In this document: piece by piece, positions 10,967 to 22,800 of the stretch | Position numbering within the stretch: the first letter of the stretch is position 1 | How the letters are laid out: every line of letters starts with the position of its first letter | DNA from: Nemertoderma westbladi | Lineage: Eukaryota > Animalia > Xenacoelomorpha | Length of the DNA: 55,477 nucleotides | Assembly (NCBI GenBank): GCA_032718475.1 | Contig: JAUCBJ010008876.1 | Location: 1-55,477, forward strand | Reading direction: 5' to 3' | The notes under the pieces: model-generated | What the model was told of the DNA's origin: nothing | The model's input: the letters and a program-made list of their open reading frames with translations, nothing else | The model's database searches: none | Program-made: the position numbers and the translations under genes

Positions 10967-11360
10967 CAGACCGGCTCGGACAGCCCAGCAGACCGGCTCG
11001 GACAGCCCAGCAGACCGGCTCGGACAGCCCAGCAGACCCGCTCGGACAGCCCAGCAGACCGACTCGGACAGCCCAGCAGACCGGCTCGGACAGCCCAGCA
11101 GACCGGCTCGGACAGCCCAGCAGACCGGCTCGGACAGCCCAGCAGACCCGCTCGGACAGCCCAGCAGACCGACTCGGACAGCCCAGCAGACCGGCTCGGA
11201 CAGCCCAGCAGACCGGCTCGGACAGCCCAGCAGACCCGCTCGGACAGCCCAGCAGACCGACTCGGACAGCCCAGCAGACCGGCTCGGACAGCCCAGCAGA
11301 CCGGCTCGGACAGCCCAGCAGACCGGCTCGGACAGCCCAGCAGACCGGATCGGACAGCCC
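10967..11360. repeat. 22-bp minisatellite CAGACCGGCTCGGACAGCCCAG, about 18 copies, deletion derivative of the 45-mer
   Basis: Direct tandem array that grades into the 45-bp unit. Confidence 0.95.
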
Positions 11361-13187
11361 GGCCCCGAAACCACCAATAGTGCTACAGACCAACTTGGAC
11401 AGCCCGGCCCCGAAACCACCAATAGCGCTACAGACTGGCTCGGACAGCCCGGCCCCGAAACCACCAATAGCGCTACAGACTGGCTCGGACAGCCCGGCCC
11501 CGAAACCACCAATAGTGCTACAGACCGGCTCGGACAGCCCGGTCCCGAAACCACCAATAGCGCTACAGACCGGCTCGGACAGCCCGGCCCCGAAACCACC
11601 AATAGCGCTACAGACCGGCTCGGACAGCCCGGCCCCGAAACCACCAATAGTGCTACAGACCGCCTCGGACAGCCCGGTCCCGAAACCACCAATAGCGCTA
11701 CAGACCGGCTCGGACAGCCCGGCCCCGAAACCACCAATAGTGCTACAGACCGGCTCGGACAGCCCGGCCCCGAAACCACCAATAGCGCTACAGACTGGCT
11801 CGGACAGCCCGGCCCCGAAACCACCAATAGTGCTACAGACCGGCTCGGACAGCCCGGCCCCGAAACCACCAATAGTGCTACAAACCGGCTCGGACAGCCC
11901 GGCCCCGAAACCACCAATAGCGCTACAGACCGGCTTGGACAGTCCGGCCCCGAAACCACGAATAGCGCTACAGACTGGCTCAGACAGCCCGGCCCCGAAA
12001 CCACCAATAGCGCTACAGACCGGCTCGGACAGCCCGGCCCCGAAACCACCAATAGCGCTACAGACTGGCTCGGACAGCCCGGCCCCGAAACCACCAATAG
12101 TGCTACAGACCGGCTCGGACAGCCCGGCCCCGAAACCACCAATAGCGCTACAGACCGCCTCGGACAGCCCGGCCCCGAAACCACCAATAGCGCTACAGAC
12201 CGCCTCGGACAGTCCGGCCCCGAAACCACCAATAGTGCTACAGACCGGCTCGGACAGCCCGGCCCCGAAAACCACCAATAGCGCTACAGACCGGCTCGGA
12301 CAGCCCGGCCCCGAAACCACCAATAGCGCTACAGACCGGCTTGGACAGTCCGGCCCAGAAACCACGAATAGCGCTACAGACTGGCTCGGACAGCCCGGCC
12401 CCGAAACCACCAATAGCGCTACAGACTGGCTCGGACAGCCCGGCCCCGAAACCACCAATAGCGCTACAGACCGGCTTGGACAGTCCGGCCCCGAAACCAC
12501 GAATAGCGCTACAGACCGCCTCGGACAGCCCGGCCCCGAAACCACCAATAGTGCTACAGACCGCCTCGGACAGCCCGGCCCCGAAACCACCAATAGCGCT
12601 ACAGACCGCCTCAGACAGCCCGGCCCCGAAACCACCAATAGCGCTACAGACTGGCTCGGACAGCCCGGCCCCGAAACCACCAATAGCGCTACAGACCGGC
12701 TTGGACAGCCCGGCCCCAAAACCACCAATAGCGCTACAGACCGCCTCGGACAGCCCGGCCCCGAAACCACCAATAGCGCTACAGACCGCCTCGGACAGCC
12801 CGGCCCCGAAACCACCAATAGCGCTACAAACTGGCTCGGACAGCCCGGCCCCGAAACCACCAATAGTGCTACAGACCGCCTCGGACAGCCCGGCCCCGAA
12901 ACCACCAATAGCGCTACAGACCGCCTCGGACAGCCCGGCCCCGAAACCACCAATAGTGCTACAGACCGCCTCGGACAGCCCGGCCCCGAAACCACCAATA
13001 GCGCTACAGACCGCCTCGGACAGCCCGGCCCCGAAACCACCAATAGTGCTACAGACCGCCTCGGACAGCCCGGCCCCGAAACCACCAATAGCGCTACAGA
13101 CCGCCTCGGACAGCCCGGCCCCGAAACCACCAATAGTGCTACAGACCGCCTCAGACAGCCTGGCCCCGAAACCACCAATAGTGCTAC
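11341..13187. repeat. 45-bp satellite, left block (about 41 copies)
   Basis: Unit CCAATAGCGCTACAGACCGGCTCGGACAGCCCGGCCCCGAAACCA. Confidence 0.98.
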
Positions 13188-13547
13188 TGTCCTAAATTAC
13201 AGATAATTTTTATACTGTATTTAGGATTGAAGTAATATTTTAGTACCACATATTTTTTCTATATATATGGCTGACTGCCTGATTATATTATTGTTACTAT
13301 CCAACTACAGAAGGACGTGTCGTTGCCTTGTTCTGGCTTTCAGTCATTTACATACACAGACTGTGTCTGTCTGTGTTATACTTACCGGTACCGTGATCTG
13401 GTGCCTTATACCGTTAATTATTATGTACTGAACTATAATTATCATATTTACCTAAATGCTAAGCAGTTTATTATTGTTATTAAGTAAGAAAGATTTTAAA
13501 ACAATGAAAAACAACAGTTTTTACAGAACCGGCCTGGATTTCGCACA
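13188..13547 (+). repeat. BEL 5' LTR
   Basis: TGTCCTAAAT...TTCGCACA; no differences from the 3' LTR seen by eye. Confidence 0.97.
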
Positions 13548-13548
13548 T

Positions 13549-13561
13549 TGGTGCCTGGACC
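13549..13561 (+). promoter_or_regulatory. BEL primer-binding site (possibly tRNA-His)
   Basis: TGGTGCCTGGACC one base after the LTR; resembles the tRNA-His complement TGGTGCCGTGAC. Confidence 0.6.
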
Positions 13562-13807
13562 ACTGTACTGCTGTAATGTTGGTGTACCTGTAAAGCCAGA
13601 AAGCTGAAGACTGGGCATACCGGTACTAACTGACCAACAGTCTACCATTATCTTTACAAATTGCGAAATTTTAATGGAATAATGAATATTGAATACCGGT
13701 ACGCAGTACCAGTATAATATAAATAATATTTTAATTTATAAACACAACGCAATTTACTGAGCCATTATCTGATTATTATTCTGTGATATAGCCTAAACTA
13801 AATCTCA

Positions 13808-16800
13808 ATGGCTGAAACTTTAGCCAAACTAAAGAGCAAACGCGGTGGTCACCGTGCCATGGTGACTAAGTTGTTAGATGAGCTATATCCTTTATTGTTT
13901 GTTGATGCTGATGCAAAGATAGCTATCGAAAACCCTGATGTAGATCACATTATCGATGTTACTACATCATTGCGAGACCAACAATCTAAGATTCTAGATT
14001 TAAATGAACACATTTTAAGCCTAGTCCCCACTGAGACTGAGGTAGTATCAGAAATCGACAAAAATTGTCGAATGTCATCAGCACTCCGTATAGTTGATAC
14101 ATTCCTTAATCCAAGTCCTCCCAAATGCGAAGTAGGTAATGACAGATCATCCAATCATGATTCATCTATGCTTAATGATAATCAAATTGGTCGAGTTAGA
14201 CAGCAAAAGCTACCGAGTTTAAAGTTGCCAACATTTTCTGGCAACCCCATAGACTGGCCCAATTTTTGGGACAGATTTGTTGATGCTGTAGATAAACACC
14301 AAGATATTGCAGGTGCTACAAAATTCACATATCTGGAAGGACAACTAACTGGTGAAGCTGCGCGCTTAGTTGATAACTTCCAACGCACAAATGAAGACTA
14401 TAACGAAGCTGTAATGTTGTTAAAGAATACTTATGGTAGAAAAGAAGTTATACTTCGTGCACGTTTAAATACAATATTTGACCTGTCATCACCTAAACCT
14501 ACAGTAGCTGATCTAGCATTATTCCGTGCCACTTATGAAGCACAAGTCCGTGGTATAAAGGCATTGGGTTATAACATTGATGATGCTGGTTACGTTTATG
14601 CAGAACTTATTGTACGCAAACTTCCGGCTAAAATTCGCAGCAACATTAATCGTGCTGCGAAATCAACACATTGGTCATTAGACGACTTACGTGTTGCACT
14701 TAGGGAGGAGATTGAGCAACTACATGCTGCTGAGTCGTCAGCACCACATACTTATAGTTCAAATTTACTTGGTCGTTCTAGTGCAGATCACAAATCTCAG
14801 GTAAATTCAACTTTTCACCATCCTTCCAGTACTGGGTCAAGTACTGCAGGTTCATTGGTTACTGCTACCAATGATACAGCTCCTTCTAAACAAGGTGGTA
14901 GTAATATAGTCCTACCTACCTGTTTCTTATGCAGAAGTTCACATTTCGCAAATAAATGTGACCGCTATTCAACAGCTGAGCTGAGACATGCTCGTGCTAA
15001 AGAGCTCAATGCTTGTACTAATTGTTTAAAGCCTGGACATACTGCTAGTAGATGTCCAAGTAAATATAGTTGTAGTATATGTCATAAACGACATCACACA
15101 GCGCTTCACTTTAAACGTCGTACAACCAATATAAAATCAGGAGAATCTCAGATGACTGCTTCAACTGTAGCATCAGGTGTTTCATCTGCTTTACTTTTCT
15201 CGGCTATTGCGCCAATCATAGTTGGAACTTCAACAAGAGATGGTCCTCCTGGTACCCATGAAGTAAGGGCATTACTAGACCCTGGTTCACAACGTTCATT
15301 TATATTGCGACAAATAGCAAATGCACTTAATTTATGCACCTCTCGGCGGATTCTGATGTCTATTGATGGCATAAATGGGCCAGGTACAGAAGTCTACTAT
15401 GACATTGTACAATTCAGCGTGGCTACATCTGACGGTCCAGTCCTGGTTAATGCACTTGTAGTGGACACACTTCCACATCGTCTACATACCACTGGTAGGG
15501 ACGAACTTATTGAAACCCTTAAGCTCCAAGGTTTCTCCTTGGCTGATCCACGAGGAGGAGATGATATTCCAGATCTAGGTCTGCTGATTGGTGTAGATCA
15601 TTTTTTCTCATTTATTTATGCAAAAAAAATCTATGATGGTTTATATTGTATACCTTCGAATTTAGGGGATATTATAGCTGGTTGTCTACCCACCAGTGAA
15701 TCTATAAAAAGTGCTTCAAATACACTATGTAGTTTTACCTCAACTTCAGACATTGGACCTGAAGAGCATACCAACCCCGAAATGAATGTAGAGATTGCCT
15801 TCGATCGAATTTGGAGTCTAGATGCAATTGGCATAAATTATGAAGACCCAGATCTATTGCATGAAGCAACTATTCTTAATTTTGAGCAATCTATACGATT
15901 TGAAAATGGTCATTATGTAGTAAAGTTCCCATGGCGACCTGATGCCCCAGTTCTGCCTACAAATATACAGTTAGCTCGCAAGCGTTTATATGGTACATTG
16001 TCCAAACTCAGGAAAACACCTGAACTCCTACGTTGTTATCATAATGTGATTATGAATCAACTAGAACGTGGATTTATTGAGAAGGTACCACTAGATTCTA
16101 TCAATTTATCAAATAATGTTCATCAAGTACATTACCTTGCTCATCATGGGGTCATGAAGCCAACATCTTCTACAACCCCATTAAGAGTTGTCTTTGATTG
16201 TTCTGCACGCTCAGGACCACATAAACCGAGTCTTAATGACTGCCTATATACTGGTCCATCATTGAGTCAAATGCTGGTATCATTATTAATGAAAATTCGC
16301 TGTAATAAATGGGCGTCAGTAGCTGATATAGAGAAAGCATTCCTCCAGATTGGAGTTGAAGAAGTCGATCGTAATGTTACTCGATTCTTTTGGCCCAGTA
16401 ATCCAGAAGATGAGTCTAGCCCATGGGATGTTTACAGATTCCGTGTAGTGTTGTTTGGGGCTACATGCTCTCAATTTCTACTCAACGCAACAATACGACA
16501 CCATGTGAAATCTACTCTAATAAAATCAAATGATGAAATCACTTTAGCCAAACGTATTATTGACAATATTTATGTAGATAACCTTCAGGCTACTGATGAA
16601 AGCGAAGACAGTTTGATATCTTATTATCGCAAATGCTGCGATGTTCTCATTGCTGGTGGATTCCCATTAAAACAATGGGTCACTAATTCACCTAAATTAC
16701 AACAAATTATCGACAAAGATAACAATGGTCCCAAAGTCACAAATACTACTATATCCTTATTTGGGTTATTATGGGATACAAATACTGATGTTATTGGATT

Positions 16801-19348
16801 TCCCACCCTAGACATTGTTTCTCCAGATATTGTTACAAAACATGTTGTTTTGTGCTTGACTTCTAAGTTATATGATCCTAATGGATGGTTATTTCCAGTA
16901 ACCATCCGATCACGTATGTTCCTCCAACAGTTGTGGCAACGTGGATTGTCATGGAAGGAACCCATTCCTGATGAATTTATGAAGGAATGGGAATCCATTA
17001 TTAATGACTTCAATCTTGTAATTTCATTCGAAGTACCTCGACGACTACCTTTAGGACTCAGTTCCAAATTACATGTGTTTTGTGATGCTTCCATTAAAGC
17101 TTATGGTGCAGTCGTTTATGCAGTTCAATCGGATCAATCCGAGTTAGTGATGGCTAAGGGACGAGTCGCACCCTTACTACCTCTAACATCAGAATCTCCT
17201 CAAAAGAAGAAGTAGACTAAATTATCACTTCCTCAACTCGAGTTGACCGCATTAACAGTTGGTGCTCGGCTCATTCGTTATGTTGCTGATACACTATCTC
17301 ATCAACTACCAAATTGTCGTCTGTGGGTGTGGTCTGACAGCCAAATCGCATTACATTGGGTCAAATCTAAAGGCATTATTAATCCTTATGTTCGTCGTCG
17401 AGTTGAAGAGATACATAGCATTCTACCAAATGCAGACTTTCGATACATTTCAACGAATGACAATCCCTCAGATATGTTATCCAGGGGAATAAAGGCGAAG
17501 ATACTTCTGAAATCCGATTTATGGCGATATGGTCCCAATTGGCTAACGTCATCTGATTGGCCTAAACAATCTCATGTTAACTACAATTATATTAATCAAC
17601 CACAAATAAATACATTGTGTCCAACAGTTGAATCCATATTATCTGTTCCAGAGCAACTGATAAACATTTCCAAATTCAGCAATTATGATAAACTACTTCG
17701 AGTGACAGCATATGTATTTATATTTATTCGCAAACTCAAATATAGAGTAAATTTGCGCAAGTCCATTAATGAACATAGTCAAATAGTAAATGATAATGTC
17801 AGAGATACTATAAATTCCAATGATATTAAAACTGCCGAGTTGTATTTAATTAAATACATACAACAAACTTGTTATCCTGATGTATATCGTTGTCTTTTGA
17901 ATGATAAGAGCAAGTCCCGCTCTCCTGCTATAATAAAACAGTTACGTTTGATTCTAGTAGATGGTATTATCCGATGTGCTGGAAGAATACAATATTCCGA
18001 TCTACCATGGAATACTCAGCAACCTATCCTACTTTATCCTGACCATGTATTTACCCGACTACTGATTTCATACGCCCATGAACGTATTTGTCATTCCGGT
18101 ATTGGCGACACTGTCACTTACCTTAGACAGAATTGGTGGATCCCTAGAATTCGACAAATCGTTAAATCCATATGTCGTAAATGTATTACTTGCAAACGTC
18201 TCAGAGGTCTCCCATACTCAACACCTCCTCCACCTCCATTACCTAGCTTTAGAGTTAATAAAACGAGACCATTTGAAACTACTGGTGTAGACTATACTGG
18301 TAGACTCATTGTAATAGATTGTAATGAACAAGTTAAAGTTTATATTGTCTTGTTTACTTGTGCGACTTCACGCGCTGTACATCTGGAAATAGCAAAAGAT
18401 GCCAGTGCGGAATCTTTCCTTTTTGCATTTCGACGTTTTATTGGGCGACGTTCTACTCCTTCTTTGATACTAAGCGATAATGCAACTAACTTCACTGCTG
18501 CAAATGATATTATAAAAGCTATACAGGATGATCCAGGTGTACGTGATTACCTACTTAATCAGAGGACTATTTGGAAGACGATTCCACCAGCTAGTCCTTG
18601 GTATGGAGGCTTCTGGGAAAGACTAATCAAAATGGTAAAGGATATTTTGAAAAAGATATTGGGACGTGCCTTGATTTCATTGGAGGAGCTCCAGACTGTC
18701 GTTATTGAAATTGAAGCTATTTTAAATGACCGGCCACTGACCTACGTGTCTTCTAACATTGATGACCTCAATCCCATTACACCCTCGACATTAATGGTTG
18801 GGCATCGTATTACCACATTGCCAAATCGAATTATCGAGCGAGATGATCTCGATGATCCAGACTTTGTACCACATTCGACACTGAATCGCCGTCAATTGTA
18901 CATACAAAACTTATTGCAAGCGTTTCAAAATCGCTGGTCCCACGAATATCTCACTGCATTGCGCGAGTACCATCGATGGGACAACCCATTTCCAACCACA
19001 CAAATTCGTTTAAATGACATCGTACAAATACATAATCCGCATTTACCACGTTCTAAATGGTCCCTTGGTCGTGTGATCACCTTACACCCCGGTAAGGATG
19101 GATGGGTACGATCTGTCGTCCTACGTACACAGTTAGGAACACTAGTACGCCCTGTACGGAAGTTGTATCCTCTAGAAACGGACAATAGTGAACTCGGCCC
19201 CCTTGATCAAACAACTACCGACACTCTCGTTCAACCAGAGCCCCCAGTAAGATCAGAGCGTCCACAACGCCAGGCGGCTACTGAAGCCCAACAACGAATC
19301 ACTACGATATACAATGAAATTGAATCCGAGAGTGAAATTAGTATATGA
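13808..19348 (+). pseudogene. BEL/Pao gag-pol polyprotein with a single in-frame TAG at 17213-17215
   Basis: LPTFSGNPIDWPNFW gag; triple Cys-His knuckle; LLDPGSQRSFI protease; LRVVFDCS, ADIEKAF and YVDN RT; FCDAS..AYG RNase H; GVDYTG/SDNATNF/GGFWERL integrase. Both ORFs share one frame: QKKK*TKLSLPQLELTA. Confidence 0.93.
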
Positions 19349-19513
19349 TTGCTTATCCCGTTGAGAAATATTTTATAACCAAATATTTTTTTGTTACATT
19401 ATATGGTTCATTTTGTTTTGCATGTTATTTTGACGAAGGCTATATATATACATAATTTGAAAATATTAATTTTTATAGAGCCTAATTATTTAGCTAGAAG
19501 CGTTTATTTGTTC

Positions 19514-19526
19514 GGTGGCAGGAGTA
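19514..19526 (+). promoter_or_regulatory. BEL polypurine tract
   Basis: GGTGGCAGGAGTA immediately before the 3' LTR. Confidence 0.75.
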
Positions 19527-19886
19527 TGTCCTAAATTACAGATAATTTTTATACTGTATTTAGGATTGAAGTAATATTTTAGTACCACATATTTTTTCTA
19601 TATATATGGCTGACTGCCTGATTATATTATTGTTACTATCCAACTACAGAAGGACGTGTCGTTGCCTTGTTCTGGCTTTCAGTCATTTACATACACAGAC
19701 TGTGTCTGTCTGTGTTATACTTACCGGTACCGTGATCTGGTGCCTTATACCGTTAATTATTATGTACTGAACTATAATTATCATATTTACCTAAATGCTA
19801 AGCAGTTTATTATTGTTATTAAGTAAGAAAGATTTTAAAACAATGAAAAACAACAGTTTTTACAGAACCGGCCTGGATTTCGCACA
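19527..19886 (+). repeat. BEL 3' LTR
   Basis: Direct repeat of 13188-13547. Confidence 0.97.
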
Positions 19887-22800
19887 GCTACAGACCGCCT
19901 CGGACAGCCCGGCCCCGAAACCACCAATAGCGCTACAGACCGCCTCGGACAGCCCGGCCCCGAAACCACCAATAGTGCTACAGACCGCCTCGGACAGCCC
20001 GGCCCCGAAACCACCAATAGCGCTACAGACCGCCTTGGACAGCCCGGCCCCGAAACCACCAATAGTGCTACAGACCGCCTCGGACAGCCCGGCCCCGAAA
20101 CCACCAATAGCGCTACAGACCGCCTCGGACAGCCCGGCCCCGAAACCACCAATAGTGCTACAGACCGCCTCGGACAGCCCGGCCCCGAAACCACCAATAG
20201 CGCTACAGACCGCCTCGGACAGCCCGGCCCCGAAACCACCAATAGTGCTACAGACCGCCTCGGACAGCCCAGCCCCGAAACCACCAATAGCGCCACAGAC
20301 CGCCTCGGACAGCCCGGCCCCGAAACCACCAATAGCGCTACAGACCGCCTCGGACAGCCCGGCCCCGAAACCACCAATAGTGCTACAGACCGCCTCGGAC
20401 AGCCCGGCCCCGAAACCACCAATAGCGCTAAAGACCGCCTCGGACAGCCCGGCCCCGAAACCACCAATAGCGCTACAGGCCGGCTCGGACAGCCTGTCCC
20501 GAAACCACCAATAGTGCTACAGACCGGCTCGGACAGCCCGGCCCCGAAACCACCAATAGTGCTACAGACCGCCTCGGACAGCCCGGCCCCGAAACCACCA
20601 ATAGCGCTACAGACCGCCTCGGACAGCCCGGCCCCGAAACCACCAATAGCGCTACAGACCAGCTCGGACAGCCCGGCCCCGAAACCACCAATAGTGCTAC
20701 AAACTGGCTCGGACAGCCCGGCCCCGAAACCACCAATAGTGCTACAGACCGGCTCGGACAGCCCGGCCCCGAAACCACCAATAGTGCTACAGACCGGCTC
20801 GGACAGCCCGGCCCCGAAACCACCAATAGCGCTACAGACCGGCTCGGACAGCCCGGCCCCGAAACCACCAATAGCGCTACAGACTGGCTCGGACAGCCCA
20901 GCAGACCGGCTCGTACAGCCCAGCAGACCGGCTCGGACAGCCCAGCAGACCGGCTCGGACAGCCCAGCAGACCGGCTTGGACAGCCCAGCAGACCGGCTC
21001 GGACAGCCCGGCCCCGAAACCACCAATAGCGCTACAGACCGGCTCGGACAGCCTGGCCCCGAAACCACCAATAGTGCTACAGACCGGCTCGGACAGCCCG
21101 GCCCCGAAACCACCAATAGCGCTACAGACCGGCTCGGACAGCCCGTCCCCGAAACCACCAATAGCGCTACAGACCGGCTCGGACAGCCCGGCCCCGAAAC
21201 CACCAATAGCGCTACAGACCGGCTCGGACAGCCCGGTCCCGAAACCACCAATAGCACTACAGACCGGCTCGGACAGCCCAGCCCCGAAACCACCAATAGT
21301 GCTACAGACCGGCTCGGACAGCCCGGCCCCGAAACCACCAATAGTGCTACAGACCGGCTCGGACAGCCCGGCCCCGAAACCACCAATAGCGCTACAGACC
21401 GGCTCGGACAGCCCGGCCCCGAAACCACCAATAGCGCTACAGACCGGCTCGGACAGCCCGGCCCCGAAACCACCAATAGCGCTACAGACCGGCTCGGACA
21501 GCCCGGCCCCGAAACCACCAATAGCGCTACAGACCGGCTCGGACAGCCCGGCCCCGAAACCACCAATAGCGCTACAGACTGGCTCGGACAGCCCGGCCCC
21601 GAAACCACCAATAGCGCTACAGACTGGCTTGGACAGCCCGGCCCCGAAACCACCAATAGCGCTACAGACCTGCTCGGACAGCCCGGCCCCGAAACCACCA
21701 ATAGCGCTACAGACCGGCTCGGACAGCCCGGCAGACCGGCTCGGACAGCCCGGCCCCGAAACCACCAATAGCGCTACAGACTGGCTCGGACAGCCTGGCC
21801 CCGAAACCACCAATAGCGCTACAGACCGGCTCGGACAGCCCGGCCCCGAAACCACCAATAGCGCTACAGACCGGCTCGGACAGCCCGGCAGACCGGCTCG
21901 GACAGCCCGGCCCCGAAACCACCAATAGCGCTACAGACTGGCTTGGACAGCCTGGCCCCGAAACCACCAATAGCGCTACAGACCGGCTCGGACAGCCCGG
22001 CCCCGAAACCACCAATAGCGCTACAGACCGGCTCGGACAGCCCGGCCCCGAAACCACCAATAGCGCTACAGACCGGCTCGGACAGCCCGGCCCCGAAACC
22101 ACCAATAGCGCTACAGACCAGCTCGGACAGCCCGGCCCCGAAACCACCAATAGCGCTACAGACCGGCTCGGACAGCCCGGCCCCGAAACCACCAATAGCG
22201 CTACAGACCGGCTCGGACAGCCCGGCCCCGAAACCACCAATAGCGCTACAGACCGGCTCGGACAGCCCGGCCCCGAAACCACCAATAGCGCTACAGACCG
22301 GCTCGGACAGCCCGGCCCCGAAACCACCAATAGCGCTACAGACCGGCTCGGACAGCCCGGCCCCGAAACCACCAATAGCGCTACAGACCGGCTCGGACAG
22401 CCCGGCCCCGAAACCACCAATAGCGCTACAGACCGGCTCGGACAGCCCGGCCCCGAAACCACCAATAGCGCTACAGACTGGCTCGGACAGCCCGGCCCCG
22501 AAACCACCAATAGCGCTACAGACTGGCTTGGACAGCCTGGCCCCGAAACCACCAATAGCGCTACAGACCGGCTCGGACAGCCCGGCCCCGAAACCACCAA
22601 TAGCGCTACAGACCTGGCTCGGACAGCCCGGCCCCGAAACCACCAATAGCGCTACAGACTGGCTCGGACAGCCTGGCCCCGAAACCACCAATAGCGCTAC
22701 AGACCGGCTCGGACAGCCCGGCCCCGAAACCACCAATAGCGCTACAGACCGGCTTCGGACAGCCCGGCCCCGAAACCACCAATAGCGCTACAGACTGGCT

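Larger units (their letters stand above)
13188..19886 (+). mobile_element. Full-length BEL/Pao LTR retrotransposon inserted in the satellite
   Basis: 360-bp TG..CA LTRs; GCTAC TSD at 13183-13187 and 19887-19891; PBS; PPT; gag-pol. Confidence 0.97.

Noticed and set aside
2058-17215. TAG reassignment, suggested by one in-frame TAG in each of two pol genes
   Set aside because: A reassigned codon would occur many times; HIBCH, gag and the LINE RT have none internally
13945-19185. Short antisense and alternate-frame ORFs inside BEL (likewise in Gypsy, HIBCH and the LINEs)
   Set aside because: Shadow ORFs of real coding frames with no recognisable motifs
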